From contig NGBS01000584.1 in assembly GCA_002245135.1 (NCBI GenBank), positions 1 through 64,000 on the forward strand: a DNA stretch of 64,000 bases, given 5' to 3'. Of the stretch, positions 1 through 13,794 are shown piece after piece. The number at the start of each line of letters is the position of its first letter. Position 1 is the first letter of the stretch. Source of the stretch: Proteromonas lacertae. Taxonomy: Eukaryota. The translations under genes were made by a program, and so were the position numbers. The notes beneath the pieces are model-generated. The model did no database searches. It saw only the letters and a list, made by a program, of their open reading frames with translations, and was not told where the DNA came from.

Positions 1-900
1 AACTTTAATATATAGAGCAGGTTATGGTCTTTTGAATATAATGGAAATAGATACAAAACAAGGATATATTCCTCAAGTATTATCACTTAATAATGTTACT
101 ATCAACATTAAAAAATCGAGAAGAAATAATGAAAAAAAATTGTGTCATGTTATGCAGTTATGTCTAATTTGATAGACCTTTATTATTGACTGAGTTAATA
201 GAATCAAACATTTATTTTGGAACATCTAAAATGTTTTCTATTACTATTCATCATCTGAAAAAGTAAAACAAATATTAAGATATTATAGTAGTATTGGAGT
301 TGTTGATGTTTATCAATTTCAGACAGATGATTTCCTTAACAAGATTGAAAGTAGCAGAGAAGTTCAATTTTATCATCTTATCTTCTTTAAATTAAATCAT
401 TGTTTTAATGAATATAAACACAAACAAATCATATGATGTTTCTAGATTTGGAATGAAATACTTTGGCCTGTAAAATCAAAAAGTTATGATGAAATGATAA
501 AATCACTACCCAAAAGAGATTTCTTCTATTTGCATTCATATTTCTTTAAACCAGATTATAATCTCCCATATAAATATGATAAAAACACTACAGTCATACT
601 ACCTGATATTGATACTCTTTCAATAAAAGAATTTTGTCCCACTAAAGACGGCTTAGTACATAAATATATAATGTTAAATACTACTAGTTTTATTGCTACT
701 GATGTTCATGAATCTACATCAAAAACTAGTATTGTAAAAGAGTATATATCAGGTGACATTGCTTTTATCAGACACACAAGACATTATAACATTGATATAG
801 AAAAGCATTGCCCTAATACTTACAGTTGTTAAAAAGAATGTAACAAATGTTGAAAGATATATATTGGAGAAAGCAAATCAATTAATGGATAAGATATTAT
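1..900 (+). pseudogene. GT92/DUF23-like glycosyltransferase, 5'-truncated by window, several frameshifts (pseudogene or assembly error)
   Basis: Joining frames gives LLLTELIESNIYFG..., ILRYYSSIGVVDVYQF, LNHCFNEYK, MMFLD(L)-EILWP and then ORF 494-832. This is the motif order of GT92 proteins. At least 3-4 frame changes are needed and no GT-AG intron explains them. The 3' end is approximate. Confidence 0.5.
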
Positions 901-940
901 AATGTAAGAATGTTATTAGTGCAATTGAGATGAAAATATG

Positions 941-1864
941 CTATTTCAGAATTCTCAACCAGTGAATCATATATATTTTCTTTACATCAAATATAATATT
1001 AGGAATTTCTATATATGTAGTGTAATTGAAGGTAATATTAGCATCAATAAATTCGAAATTTGCTCTTCTTGCCAATCTTCCAAAATACATATCTTCAGGA
1101 TAACCATAATACACTCTATCAAATTCTTCATCTAAATGAACAACTAATTTATCTATTGATTTTGATAAAAATACATATGACATTCCGCTAGGATATCTTA
1201 AATTCACATTTTTATATCCCCATATATATCCTAAAACAAATGATTTATTGTTTTTATTTAACACTTGTTTTAACATTAATTGAAGTATATTAATATTAAC
1301 AAATGTATCAGTATCCTGTTTGACTATCACATCATACAAACTTTTATACTTCTTAACCCATTTAAGAAAATTATATGTTAGAAAATGTAGATTATAATAA
1401 TTGCAATTGAAATTGAATAGAACAATATCTTGGTAAATTTTCATTTCTTTTAACAACTGAGAGTTTAATGTTTGATTATAATCTAATGCTATAAAGAATA
1501 ATACTTGAATATCCTTATATATTTTGTATATTTTTCTAAAGACATATCTATGATAGAACAATGCTATGTGTGAATGAATTGCAACTAAGATTTTAGACTT
1601 TCTTTTGATAAAGTTTGTATTATATTTTACTGTTTTATTCTCCATTTTAATTAATGTCTTATTCTTCACATAGTATGATTCAGATGTGTATCTTCTACTA
1701 TATAATATTGGTAAGTTATTATCGGTTGTATTTCTAATGTAAAACAATTCTTTCATGACAGTACTTTTAAAGTATTTCTCAGATTCATCATAAATCATGT
1801 GATTGGATTTATACAATCCTGTCGATATAATAGATATTAAAAAACAAATAATCACAATACTCAT
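941..1864 (-). CDS. GT31 beta-1,3-galactosyltransferase-like type II membrane protein, intronless
   Basis: N-terminal hydrophobic anchor; EMKIYQDIV, YYNL, KQDTDTFVN (DxD), YPSGMSY and PEDMYFG motifs typical of GT31. Confidence 0.8.
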   Translation of the reverse strand: MSIVIICFLISIISTGLYKSNHMIYDESEKYFKSTVMKELFYIRNTTDNNLPILYSRRYTSESYYVKNKTLIKMENKTVKYNTNFIKRKSKILVAIHSHIALFYHRYVFRKIYKIYKDIQVLFFIALDYNQTLNSQLLKEMKIYQDIVLFNFNCNYYNLHFLTYNFLKWVKKYKSLYDVIVKQDTDTFVNINILQLMLKQVLNKNNKSFVLGYIWGYKNVNLRYPSGMSYVFLSKSIDKLVVHLDEEFDRVYYGYPEDMYFGRLARRANFEFIDANITFNYTTYIEIPNIIFDVKKIYMIHWLRILK

Positions 1865-2308
1865 TTACACATTCCATTAATATCTATTCTCATTTCCTAT
1901 GAATTATTCTTAAAATATTCATTATTCATTATTTATTTGGCTTTATTAAAATGTGTTATTTTTGTGGAATTATATGTTGAGTTAGGAGTAAATGATTGAT
2001 TTTATATATGGAATACTGTATTTCTTTGAAAGAACTTTAATTGAAAAGGAATATAATCGAAGGAGGAGAAAAGAATTGTTAAGCTTTAGAGAATAATTCA
2101 ATACAAAGAAACAATTCTACATATGTTAGTTTCAATGAAAATGAAAAAATATGTATAATTTTGCATAATAATAAAAAATATAACTTCATATTATAACATT
2201 AAACATATCTATTTATTCTCATTAGATTTAGATGTTTCAGTTTCATATTGGATAATTGAATGGATAAACCCTAATAATAGAAACAATGAATAAAAATTTC
2301 CATTCCCA

Positions 2309-3944
2309 TTAATAGAAGTGGTTTCCTATTCCATATTCTAATACATACTCATTAATACTTACTAATTTAGTTTTGAATATACCATTTCTTTCATTTATTC
2401 TTTCAAATACTTTGTTCTGAATATTTAAATTGTTTATTGTAGCACATCCTCCACTTTTTACTTTAATTGATAAACACCCTTTTAAATGTAAATTTTTAAT
2501 ATAAACATTTCCTGTAATTACAAGTTTTGAATTGCTTTCAATAATTATATTTCCTTTTAAATGATCAATAATTCTGCTTGTTGCATTACTAATTAAAGGA
2601 TCAATATGAATAATACAATTTTCCCCTATTTTCCATCCTAATTTACATAACTTCTTGTAATTTCTAATGTATAAATTATTCTCTCCACTATCTGGTGTAT
2701 AAAAATCAGAATTATCAGATATTTCTTTCACTGGATTAAAAGCATATTCACACTTATATCTTTTGAATTTTTATCACTGAGTAGTAAATAATCCTGCAAA
2801 ACTGTTTCAATTCTAAATGATTTAAAATCTTTCGATAATACATATTCTGGTAATGATTTATTTCTTTCATGTAGAGTATTATAATATTTATCTAATTCAA
2901 AACATATTATATTAGTTACAGCTGGATATAATGATTCTGATTTATCACAAGAATTTATATCTTCTCCTAACAATTTTGGTAAAAGAGAATAATCTATTGC
3001 CCTTACATTATAAAATCTACCATTTTCTTCACATGAACATAGAATTGATGCTTTCTCTCCTTTACATCTTTCTACAGTTAAATAATTTACATCTACTCCA
3101 TTATCTATTGTACTTCCAATTAATACTGGAATTGCTTCAAATGCTAATGAATTTGTGTCTTGAAAAATAACTAGATATTTAACACCTTTAGACTTCCATA
3201 TATCTAACACTCCTTTCTACAATATAATTACATTTATACAGAGTATAACAGATTATGAATATCACCATGCCCATGTGGTTTACTTATTATTTTGCTATCT
3301 TCATATAACAAGTTGCAATCTTCATCACCAAATGATGGTACATTAATTTGCTGAATAATTATTACATCATTCTTATTTAAACCAAAATAATTGTTCTCTT
3401 CAAGATAATGTTTAACTCTTTTATCAGTAGATTGCGAAGTCATTATACAAATATGAATTGATTGATTTGTACTAATTTGATATGATTTTATATATTTAAA
3501 ATATAGGTTGAGATAAGATAAACCACTTATTTGATCCACATTTAAAGCTAACTTTCAATATAATACATGAATTTATACTTTAATTGAATTAAAATTTAGT
3601 CTCTCACCTAATCCTCCTGCAACAAGCACAAATCCACATTCATTTATATTATTTATTCCAATTCTTTCATATTTTTTAAAAGATTCGTCTAAATAACTGA
3701 TATTCATACTTTGAGAGAGTGATATATTATTAATTTTAATACAATTATCATTTTTATATTTATTCACTATAATTTTAGCTCTTCTTCTATATTCTATTAT
3801 TCCTTCTTCTAATATATGATTGTAATACACAATCTCATTGCATATACTTTTTAATTCTAGAATAAATCAGGATAATACTTTTATTCTTTCTTGTATATTC
3901 GATTATTCTTGTCTGTTTGCAGGATAAAAGTAAATAATATCCAT
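2309..3944 (-). CDS. USP: UDP-sugar pyrophosphorylase, multi-exon, one frame break near 2745
   Basis: FVLVAGGLGERL, KPHGHGDIH, FQDTNSLAF and FNPVK motifs and a C-terminal beta-helix region across ORFs 3573-3830, 3234-3539, 2728-3210 and 2309-2731; ~23-nt GT-AG introns (e.g. 3217-3239). The start is uncertain. Confidence 0.8.
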
Positions 3945-4013
3945 AATAATATAACATAAAATCTGAAAATAACATATTAAATATCTAAAAACTAATAAAC
4001 AAGCATACTAACT

Positions 4014-4841
4014 TCAATATTTTACAGGATGATATAACATATTTTTGATAGAATTGTCTTTTAACAACATCTCTAATTCTTCTTTTGTATTAATTATTTT
4101 TCCAAAACCTTTATCTTTATCATAATCTCTTTTATCCATCTTTCTTATGCTCAATTTATAATATAATGCAGTTTCTAATATCATTTGTTCCACTTGAGCA
4201 TGTCTTTTTAGTTCAAATTCTCTTCTTAATGCATTTCTCAACTTTTTTGATAGTCTGTGAACATGAGTAGCAATATAATATGATTCATTAGATCTGCTTT
4301 TTCTATATTCTTCTGTTACACAATCATGCCAACCTTTTGTAAAATATGGAGGATCACTATAGATTAATAAATCTTCATCAAATTTATCATATTTTTTAAA
4401 GAAATTATATATATTTCCTGTATAAACAACATCTTGATCAAATACCCATAAATATTTATAATTTAAATGATATATATCATCCCATAGTAAATAATGTTCA
4501 GAATGTAATAGCCACATATAAAAAGTATCAGGTCTGTTTCTACAGAATCCACCCATTCTCTTTACTTCTGGATATTTTTCAATTACCAATTTTCTATCTA
4601 CACAATAAGTAACTATTCCATTACTGCTGTTACTAAATACATCTGTTAATATCACTACTTCATATTTACTTGGTAATTGATTTTTATATGTTTTTATTCT
4701 TTCAATTTGATTTTTTGTAGGTGAAGAAACTCTAAATAATAAGACTATTGTATAGATTGGATTTGTATGGAAATACTAAAAATAGATAAAACTAAATAAA
4801 AAAGTAATGTTAAAGCCATTTACACCAATTCTGTATTTCAT
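4014..4841 (-). CDS. DUF3405-like putative glycosyltransferase (type II membrane protein)
   Basis: YKYLWVFDQDVVYTGNIYNFF...DEDLL resembles the YxWxxExDVxxxG motif of DUF3405-like proteins. The frame stays open upstream of 4655. A hydrophobic N-terminus from the ATG at 4841 needs frame correction. Confidence 0.45.
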
Positions 4842-4889
4842 TTCATCTACATCCTGTAGATATAATATATTATTCTTTTGTTAAACGAT

Positions 4890-6566
4890 ATGAAAATAAG
4901 GTACGATGTTCTTTTTCTAAGATTTCTTGCTATTCTTTCTATTATATTTTTTCATTTTAATGAGAAATTATTTCAAGGTGGATATTTGGGAGTAGATATA
5001 CTACTTGTATTAACTAGTGTTTTAAACATTAACTCAATAATGTATAATAGCGAAAAAGGATGTTATTCATATATTGAATATATAGTGAAAAAGAGTAAAA
5101 GATTACTCCCATCATCCTTGTTAGTATTGTATATTTGTAAAAATCATGTTTTAGATGTTTTTGAGATATGTTCAGTGTTATTCTTTACTTCAAATTATTA
5201 TTATTACAAAAAGAATGTTGATTATTTTCATCAGTATGATTTACCATCACCTATTCTACACTACTGGTGTTTATCCCTTGAATATCAATTTTACTTCATC
5301 ATTCCTTTTGTATTAAGAATCAAATATAACAAATACATAATTGCTTCGCTAATCCTCATTTCTTTAGGTATATATTTTGCAAATGTGAGTGTTAACATCT
5401 CTTATTGCTATTACTGTTTATTACCTAGATTATATCAATTTTTAATAGTATATTTTGTTACAGTAAGAGAAGAAGAAACAAATCGAATATTATTCAGTAT
5501 AATTATGACTGTAACACATATACTACTATTAATGTGGTGTAAAAGCGAATGTATATTTTCTCATTTAATATACACATTAATCATAATTGTAACTATCTAC
5601 AGCAATTGTCTAAATAATAATAAATACTATATATTGGATTATTTCTCAAAAATATCATATTCATTATACTTTGTTCATTATCCTATAATAATACTATGTA
5701 ACAATACTATATTTTCAAAGGTGGTGATAATTTTAACATCATCAATAGTGATTTATATTATTTGTGAAAAGTATATATTATTATTATTAAATAAGATCAA
5801 CAAATACTATTTGATAATGATTTATATATCAATAACATTATTAACACATAATTGGTATAGATACAAAGAAAGTGTAAAACAAGCATTTAACTATAATGCA
5901 CAATCATTATGGAATGAATTCAGTAAATATAGAATTCCTTGCTCAGCAAAGCATGATCATTTAAATTGTAGTAAAATATTACTAATGGGAGATTCACATA
6001 TGGATCAATGGATAGTTGGCATATATAAATACTACTCACAACAGTCAATTTTGTTGTATTTTATTCTAATAAATGGGATATCTGATATTCCATCATTAAA
6101 AATGGATCATTTAATAGCAAAAGTAAGGAATTTAAAAAACATAGAATTGATAATAATGTGCAACTTAAACTATAATATTGAATTAAAGAAGGATTATAAT
6201 TTTATTAACAATTTTGACAAATATTATATTGAACTTCAGAAGAATTTAGTAAACTATTCAAATAATATAGTTATTCTAAATGATAATCCACATCTATTAA
6301 CTCCAGCTTATGAATGTTTAAACGATAATAGAACAATTGAATGTTATTGTATATTAGGAATTAATTGCACCATATCTGATATACCATTATACACCCATAA
6401 AAATATTAGAAAATGTGATATGAATAAATATTTGTGTCACAACAACAAATGCGAATACATTGTTGATAATACAATGGTATATGTTGATATTCATCATCTC
6501 ACACCAAAAAATCCTATATATAAGTGTAATATAAACAACACAGATTGTAAATGTTACATTAAATAA
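4890..6566 (+). CDS. Acyltransferase-3 + SGNH O-acyltransferase (OafA/OatA-like), intronless
   Basis: LRFLAILSIIFFH, GGYLGVDI, RLLP, HYWCLSLEYQFY and ISYSLYFVHYP (AT3), then GDSH and DIHHL (SGNH catalytic Ser, Asp, His). Confidence 0.9.
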   Translation: MKIRYDVLFLRFLAILSIIFFHFNEKLFQGGYLGVDILLVLTSVLNINSIMYNSEKGCYSYIEYIVKKSKRLLPSSLLVLYICKNHVLDVFEICSVLFFTSNYYYYKKNVDYFHQYDLPSPILHYWCLSLEYQFYFIIPFVLRIKYNKYIIASLILISLGIYFANVSVNISYCYYCLLPRLYQFLIVYFVTVREEETNRILFSIIMTVTHILLLMWCKSECIFSHLIYTLIIIVTIYSNCLNNNKYYILDYFSKISYSLYFVHYPIIILCNNTIFSKVVIILTSSIVIYIICEKYILLLLNKINKYYLIMIYISITLLTHNWYRYKESVKQAFNYNAQSLWNEFSKYRIPCSAKHDHLNCSKILLMGDSHMDQWIVGIYKYYSQQSILLYFILINGISDIPSLKMDHLIAKVRNLKNIELIIMCNLNYNIELKKDYNFINNFDKYYIELQKNLVNYSNNIVILNDNPHLLTPAYECLNDNRTIECYCILGINCTISDIPLYTHKNIRKCDMNKYLCHNNKCEYIVDNTMVYVDIHHLTPKNPIYKCNINNTDCKCYIK

Positions 6567-6894
6567 AACTATAGTTATTCATCATTTATAAATTATTTAT
6601 TTCATTTAAATGTTTAAATGTATTGGAAATATAAAAACCATTCTCTACCAAATCTACTTGTTTAATCTCTTTCGACTATTTCATCAACACATATATCTTT
6701 TTAATATCTTTTAAGATTTGCTGATGATGATAAGAATAACTAATAATTCATTAGAGTTTGGTTTAATGAAATTAAATATATAGTCGTTACACATACTAAC
6801 AACATCGTAATTACGTATATTTATCAGTTTGATTGTCATTTTTATTTTTTGAGATTTTTGGTTTATTTTTGTCTTTTATAGCTTACACTATTGA

Positions 6895-8746
6895 ATGTAT
6901 TTTGGTATAATAGAATCTATAAGAGGTATTTCATGCTTATTAATTGTGTTGTACCATTTTTCTTCAAAGAATGTGCCAAATGGATTTTTATGTGTAGATC
7001 AGTTTTTAATTATATCTGGCTTTTTAATTATATTTTCAATTCATCATAATGACAGTAAATCCTTCAATGTTGTAGATTTTATGAATAAAAGAGTGAAAAG
7101 AATATTGCCATTGAAGTGTGTTATACTGTTTTATGTTTTATTGCTAAATAAGTATTATCTAAAAGAAACAGTCACAAATTTAGAAATGAATAGTTTAACA
7201 GCTTTCTTATTCTATTTTAATTTCAAACTGATTAATGATAATAGTGATTATTTTGCATCTCGTGGTATAAATTTAATATTAAATTATTGGACATTATCAG
7301 TAGAAGAACAGTACTACTTATATGTATCAGTTATATCGTTTATGACAATACTTATATCAAATACTTCTTCAATAGTATTCCATGCAACTGCTTTATTGTT
7401 ATCTTTAGCATTATTTATTTTTTACTTCAATAGAGATTATGTATTTTCATTTTACAGTATATACACAAGAATATGGGAGTTTAGTTGTGGTTCATTGATA
7501 TATTATTATGATTTTAAATTTACCAATGAAATCTGTGTGAATGTATTGTTTTTTTTTCAATTATTATTTGTATTTTCTAAAGTAAATGGATGTATATGTT
7601 TTATAATAATAAATGTAATTACATATTTTCAGATTAGATATTCTAAGAATAATGAAGGTTGTTTATTCTCTAATAATATCATTAGATTTGTTGGACGAAT
7701 ATCATACTCAATCTATCTTATCCATTATTCAAATATTCACATATTTCCTATTAAATATGCAGTATTAGCAATAATTATTGGTAGTATTAATGTATTATGT
7801 AGTAGAAAAGCCAGCTAGAAATTATATACCAGGATATATTGTAATTATATTATACATTATTTCTTTTATGGTTTACTACAAAATTTATAGGAGAGATTTT
7901 AAAATTTCACAACAAAGACATTTTGGTAAAGTATATGTAAAAGATATAGAAAATTACTTTCTTCAAGATATGTGTTGTTATGATATTATTGACTATTTAT
8001 ACATATCTAGATATAGAGTATTATTATTAGGTGATTCTCATGTATTACATTACATTAGAGCATTATATGATAATAAACAAGAAGTTGTATTATATCATTC
8101 CTATATTAATGATGGTGATCTTTATAATGGAGTATATAAAGAACTTAAATATTTATCAAAGTATAGATTTGATATGATTATTATTGCATTTTGGCAATCA
8201 GGTTATCGAAATACTACATATGAACGAAATATTTATCTTATGATAAATGAGATAAAAGATATTAGTAATAATATATTAGTAATTTCAGATAACCCTTACC
8301 TTAGTGTTAGTCCATATTCTTGTCTATCAACTCCAAAGACTTGTTATGGTATTATTGGTGTGAATTGTTCTGTTATTAAACCATACAGTCTTTCATCTTA
8401 TAAATATCCTAAAAATCTAAATGTATATGATTATAATATTGATAAACATATAATAAAAGGTAATAAATGTCTCTTTGAAGTAGATGGAATTCCAATTTAC
8501 AGAGATACTTATCACCTCACAAGTTTTTTTGTTGAGTATGTTTTAAAGGAAGAGATTCACAGACTATTAAATACAATAATGAAGAAGAATATATGGAGAG
8601 ATGAATCAATAACCAATATGACTTACCACTGTTTGGAAAGAGAACATAATATATACTGGTATGTGTGTAGAAATAACAAATATAAAAGATATAGAATACC
8701 TATCATTCACAATGGTAAAAATAGTAGAATAAAGTTGTTAGAATAA
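6895..8746 (+). CDS. Second AT3-SGNH O-acyltransferase, split by a +1 frameshift near 7775
   Basis: ESIRGISCLLIVLYH, GFLCVDQFLIISGFLI, YWTLSVEEQYY and ISYSIYLIHY in ORF 6895-7818. It continues as YYVVEKP, LLLGDSHV and YRDTYHLT in ORF 7778-8746. Confidence 0.85.
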
Positions 8747-8862
8747 TGTAAATATTTTACTTAATTGAGATTTTATTATAGAGAGTATTGTCTTTTTGAT
8801 AAACCTTCAACTATTTTTCATAAACATCACAAAACAAACATTAAAAAGAATTAAATAGACTA

Positions 8863-11800
8863 TTATTCATTTTTCTTAAACCTTCCATATCTCAATGTAC
8901 CACTTCCTCCTTCAAAAGTTCTCTTTTTATTTTCTGTACTATTCTTCAATGTTCTATATTTTGTCTTATATAAAGCAGATCGTTGTGAAGATGATAATAG
9001 AGATTCATCTTCACTCTTCTTTTTATCTGAGAAGTATAAATACACTTTAATTACATCATTCAAATCTAATATATCTCTACATTCACAGTTTTGGTCAACA
9101 AATTTCCTAATTTCATCATATGACACATCAATATCAAATGTCTTTAATATATCAGGCAATTGATCAATCAAACATTTATCTGGATAATCATTGGGTTTAC
9201 ATAATCTAACAGTTACTTTTAATTTGTCAATTATCTTATTTTCTAAGTTATTCCATTTATTCTTTCTTTCTATCCATTCATAGTGATTTTGGTTGTTTTC
9301 AATTAAATAATCAATTCTATTAATAATAATATATGATATATATATATATATATTATACAATAATATAACATCACTAAATGTCAATACTGATTTATTAATT
9401 TGTTTCACCACATTCTGATATAAATCACTTCCAATATTATATCCCATCTTCTCAACAATAATATCAATTTTATCTTTCATCAATTGATTATCACCAATTG
9501 CATATTGTTCAAAATACTCTTGCAATCGTATCAAATCATCATCTAAATGAGCAATTGCTTTACTCAACTGTTGTGATATGATTTGAGTTGAATAATTTCT
9601 ACCTCCATTGATTATCTTATCAACTGGAACTGTTTTTCTCTTTAATGTCTCTTCCATTTTACTTTCCTCTTCTCCTTCTTCTTTGTGTGTATTTGCTTTG
9701 GATTCTTCTACAACTGATCTAGTCATATTCATTAATAATGTATTATGCAATTCATCTGTGATTGGTGTAATAGTTGAAGTTGTCATATTCAATGTATTGG
9801 ATAAAGTATTCATTAAATTGGCTGTATTATTAATTGGCATTATTGTTGTACCATCTCTATAAAGTCTTGGTTGATCTTCTACATCTAACCACTTTATCAT
9901 ATTCAGATTACTCAACATTCCTGTTTTCAATAATCGAATTAATTGTGTTACTACACCTAGTGGAGCTTTGAAGTTTACATATATTTCTGTATTGGATATG
10001 ACATTTAGACTTATCATTTTAAATACATTCCTACTCAGTTTCAAATCTTTCATTAATAAGTAAGTAAATTGGTCAATTCTAAATTCACCTACATCTTTAA
10101 TATCCAAACAAAACTATTTAACATAATATAATTATATATACGCATATTGATCTATCTTGTAATGTTTCTCTTCCTTGTTTATACATTTGTCTTGATGATT
10201 CTGATAATACCAATTCATCGATTGCACTTAATTCAGTCTGTGTTCCTGTCATTGACAATGGATTCAATCCATTTGTATTTAATGATGTTGTCTTAGTATT
10301 AGTAGTTGTTGTTTTCGTCTGTATATCATAGGGAATTGTTGATTTCTTGGAGACTTCTAATGTCTTTTCTGCTTGATATATTCGAGATTTCTTTTCTTCA
10401 CTTATAAATTCAGGATGTTTCTATAATAATTGATAATAATAGTAATATATATACTCTTCTACCATAATATCTTACAAAGTTTGGATCATTTCTCAACTTA
10501 TCAATCCATTCATTCCATCCTTGATCTAACAACCTGATCTGAGTTGGGAAACGGATATGTAATCGCAATAATGGTATTGGAACTTTATTATCTCTCAAAA
10601 TTCTAATGATTTGAGGATGGTTTGACTCTGCTAATAATCTTAATATTGACAATGCACTGTATCTTATCCATTGATTACTATCATAAACAGCATTACTTAT
10701 TTCTATTGGAATTACTTCATACTTTTTAACCTAATTATAATTATTAATAATTATCATATATACATGTCTTATTAATTCACTTATCAATTTCTCACAAGTT
10801 ACTCTTCTTTCTATTAATATCTTTAATAAGAATATTGCTTCACTTCTAATAGGACAAGTGTGATTATATTTAGAGAATGGAACAGGTAAGACATTGTATA
10901 ATACTTCAAATATATTTTGATCTAATAGTAATAATAATATATATTATACCTCCAATCATTTTATCAATAATATATTCAATTATTCCTGAATATAATATCT
11001 GGTTCTCTATCTTCTCATTTCCTGTTGATAGTAACACATCCCATAATCTATGTCTACAATATCTGCCTGATGGATATAAATCTAATAAATGAATATGAAC
11101 TGTACCACTGACAATACAATTCATTATATATTCTACCCATGAAGATAGATCTTCAATAAATTTCAATCCAATTCCATAGTCTGCTAATTGAGTGATAATA
11201 TTATCTTCGTTTTCTAATGGTGTAACTATCTTTGCTGATGGTGGTACTGGCTTACGTAACGTTGTAGAAGATCCAATAGGTAATTGATTTGATGTGATTT
11301 GTCTATTTGTTTCAGAATTCTTGTTCATTTCATTTTTGGTTGATGATATTTCTCCAATTATTGTTCTTCTTTTGGACAATATATCTGGTTTTAGTTTATT
11401 CATAGTCTGACTAATATCCAATGGAATTGCTGCTTTCACTGTTGTATTTTGATTATTATTAATATTTGATTCTTGAATCACATATTTATTCTCATTTTCA
11501 ATCATTTCACTTAATAACATATTAATCTTTGAAGTAACATCAACTAATGGATTAGTTACATATTTATTAAATTCAAATATTGTTCCTAACTTATCAACTA
11601 ATAATAATAAGCTATTATTACTACTATTTTCATATTTCATTAATTCTTTATTAATCACATAAAATGAGAGTGAATTCTTACCACAACCTAACATCCATTT
11701 CCATAAGTTAATTATATAATTCATCACTTCTATTTCTGTAGAAATATCATGCTTTTGTACTTTAATTGGAGCCCAAAAATCATTTATTCTATTCCAAATA

Positions 11801-13733
11801 GTATCAAACCATTCATATAATTTCCTCATTATTTCTATTATTCCTAATGGAATAATACCATTATTCATTGTATTTATTGTTGTTGTTGTTGTGGTGGTGG
11901 TGGTAGTTGATAAATAATCATGTTCCATTATATACGTCTGTATTTGGCTTCTAATGGGATGTAAAATATCTAAGATTTCAGTAGATAATGCATCATTCTC
12001 TAATTCCATTACTTTCTCCACTAATTGATCCATTGTCATGATTGGAGGTTGTACAAATCCTTTCTTCTCTAAGAACCTTTGAATATATTTCTGTGATGAT
12101 AATAATCTGAATAAATTAGAACCACCATATTCATATAATGAATAAAATACACTTCTTACATTCAATATATCAGCTTCTTCAACATCACTTGCTTTCTTCA
12201 ATATACTATTCACTAATGCAGAGAATACATTGCCAATAGACCAACCACAAGTAAACATATCACCTGCTTTGACTAAATCATTCATTATTTCAACTACTAA
12301 CCTTCGATTTTCTACTGTTTCTTTTGGATTCTTTAGTATATACATATAACCTAATATATAAGGAATTGTACAGAATTGTAAACCTAATAAATACCTTGGA
12401 TCTGTTATATTATATTCCAACGGTATTATATTTGTATATATTAAGTGAATTAGGGTTAATAATTCTTTAATTACTTCATTATTTACATCATATAGTAATG
12501 TACACAGTCTTTCAGGTATATTGTAATTCAACAATAATTGACATTTCTCTTCTACATTTATATAAACCAAATTATTCACATAAATGTCAGTAAATATTGA
12601 TGCAATTCCAATCACTCCTGATTTTCTAGTTTTGGCTTTCTTTGTACGATGTTCTTCTGTTATTCTGTACATATTATCACCAATCATTACTAAATCACTG
12701 TAATAATCTTCAGTATGTGTAACATATAATGAATTCTGATGTAAACTTCCATATATATCTAAATTCTGTGATGATTTAGTAATAAACTCAATATAATCTC
12801 TAATAACAGGTAATGAAGGATTTCCTTTACCTTCTTCAGTAATTACATAGACAATCAAAGGATTAACAATTGAATATAAAGTAGGAGTCCAACAAAATGT
12901 TTTATTATTATAATATTTATTGATATTGAATGTTCTATTACCACTGTATAATGCTAATATTGCATAGATAATGTTATTAACATAAGGTGATAATAATGAA
13001 TCTAAATCTCTTAATTCATAACATAATGAGAATAAGAAATAAACTACTCTTCGTATAACTTTTTCTCCTATTGTTTCTGATGATTTTCCTTCTAAATATC
13101 CATTACCTCCTTCTCCATTTCCACTATTATTTCCATACCCCACTTTTTGACCAATTTTACTATTCATAAATTTCAATGATAAATTCACTACTTTTAATAT
13201 AATTTCTTTATTAAATATCTCTTTTAAGATATGTTTCTTATATGCAACTGTACAACTTATTAAAGGTGAAATAACCTCTTTATTATTGTCATTTATAATC
13301 AAATATGTTAATAATCTATCCAATATTTGAGTAAACTCGATTGTATCAAACATTCCTCTATCTAAACTCAACTCTAAAGATAGTAATGGTTCTAAGAATA
13401 ATTCATTCAAAATTATATCCGTTTTAGGAGATGTTACATATTGAAATGCTATTTTTTTCGCATTTTCAATATCCTCTTCACTCATGTGGAAGAAATCTAA
13501 TGATCTTAAATCATCTAAAACTGGTCTTCTATTCTGATCAGTTTGAAAACATAAAACTAACACATTTATTATAGATAACATCAATTTTGATGCTTTTCTC
13601 ATTTGTTCTGCTTTTCTGATTGAATATAATGTCTTTACTCCTGTAATTGTATTATTATTATTCTCATTTACTTCTATTGTATCAATCATATTGTTAATAG
13701 TTTGTTGGATATTTGATTTAATTAATGTATTAC

Positions 13734-13794
<61 letters not shown>

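Noticed and set aside
4878..8746. Bacterial contamination or chimeric contig
   Set aside because: Composition matches the rest of the window, an intron-containing gene sits inside the cluster, and there are no Shine-Dalgarno or operon features.
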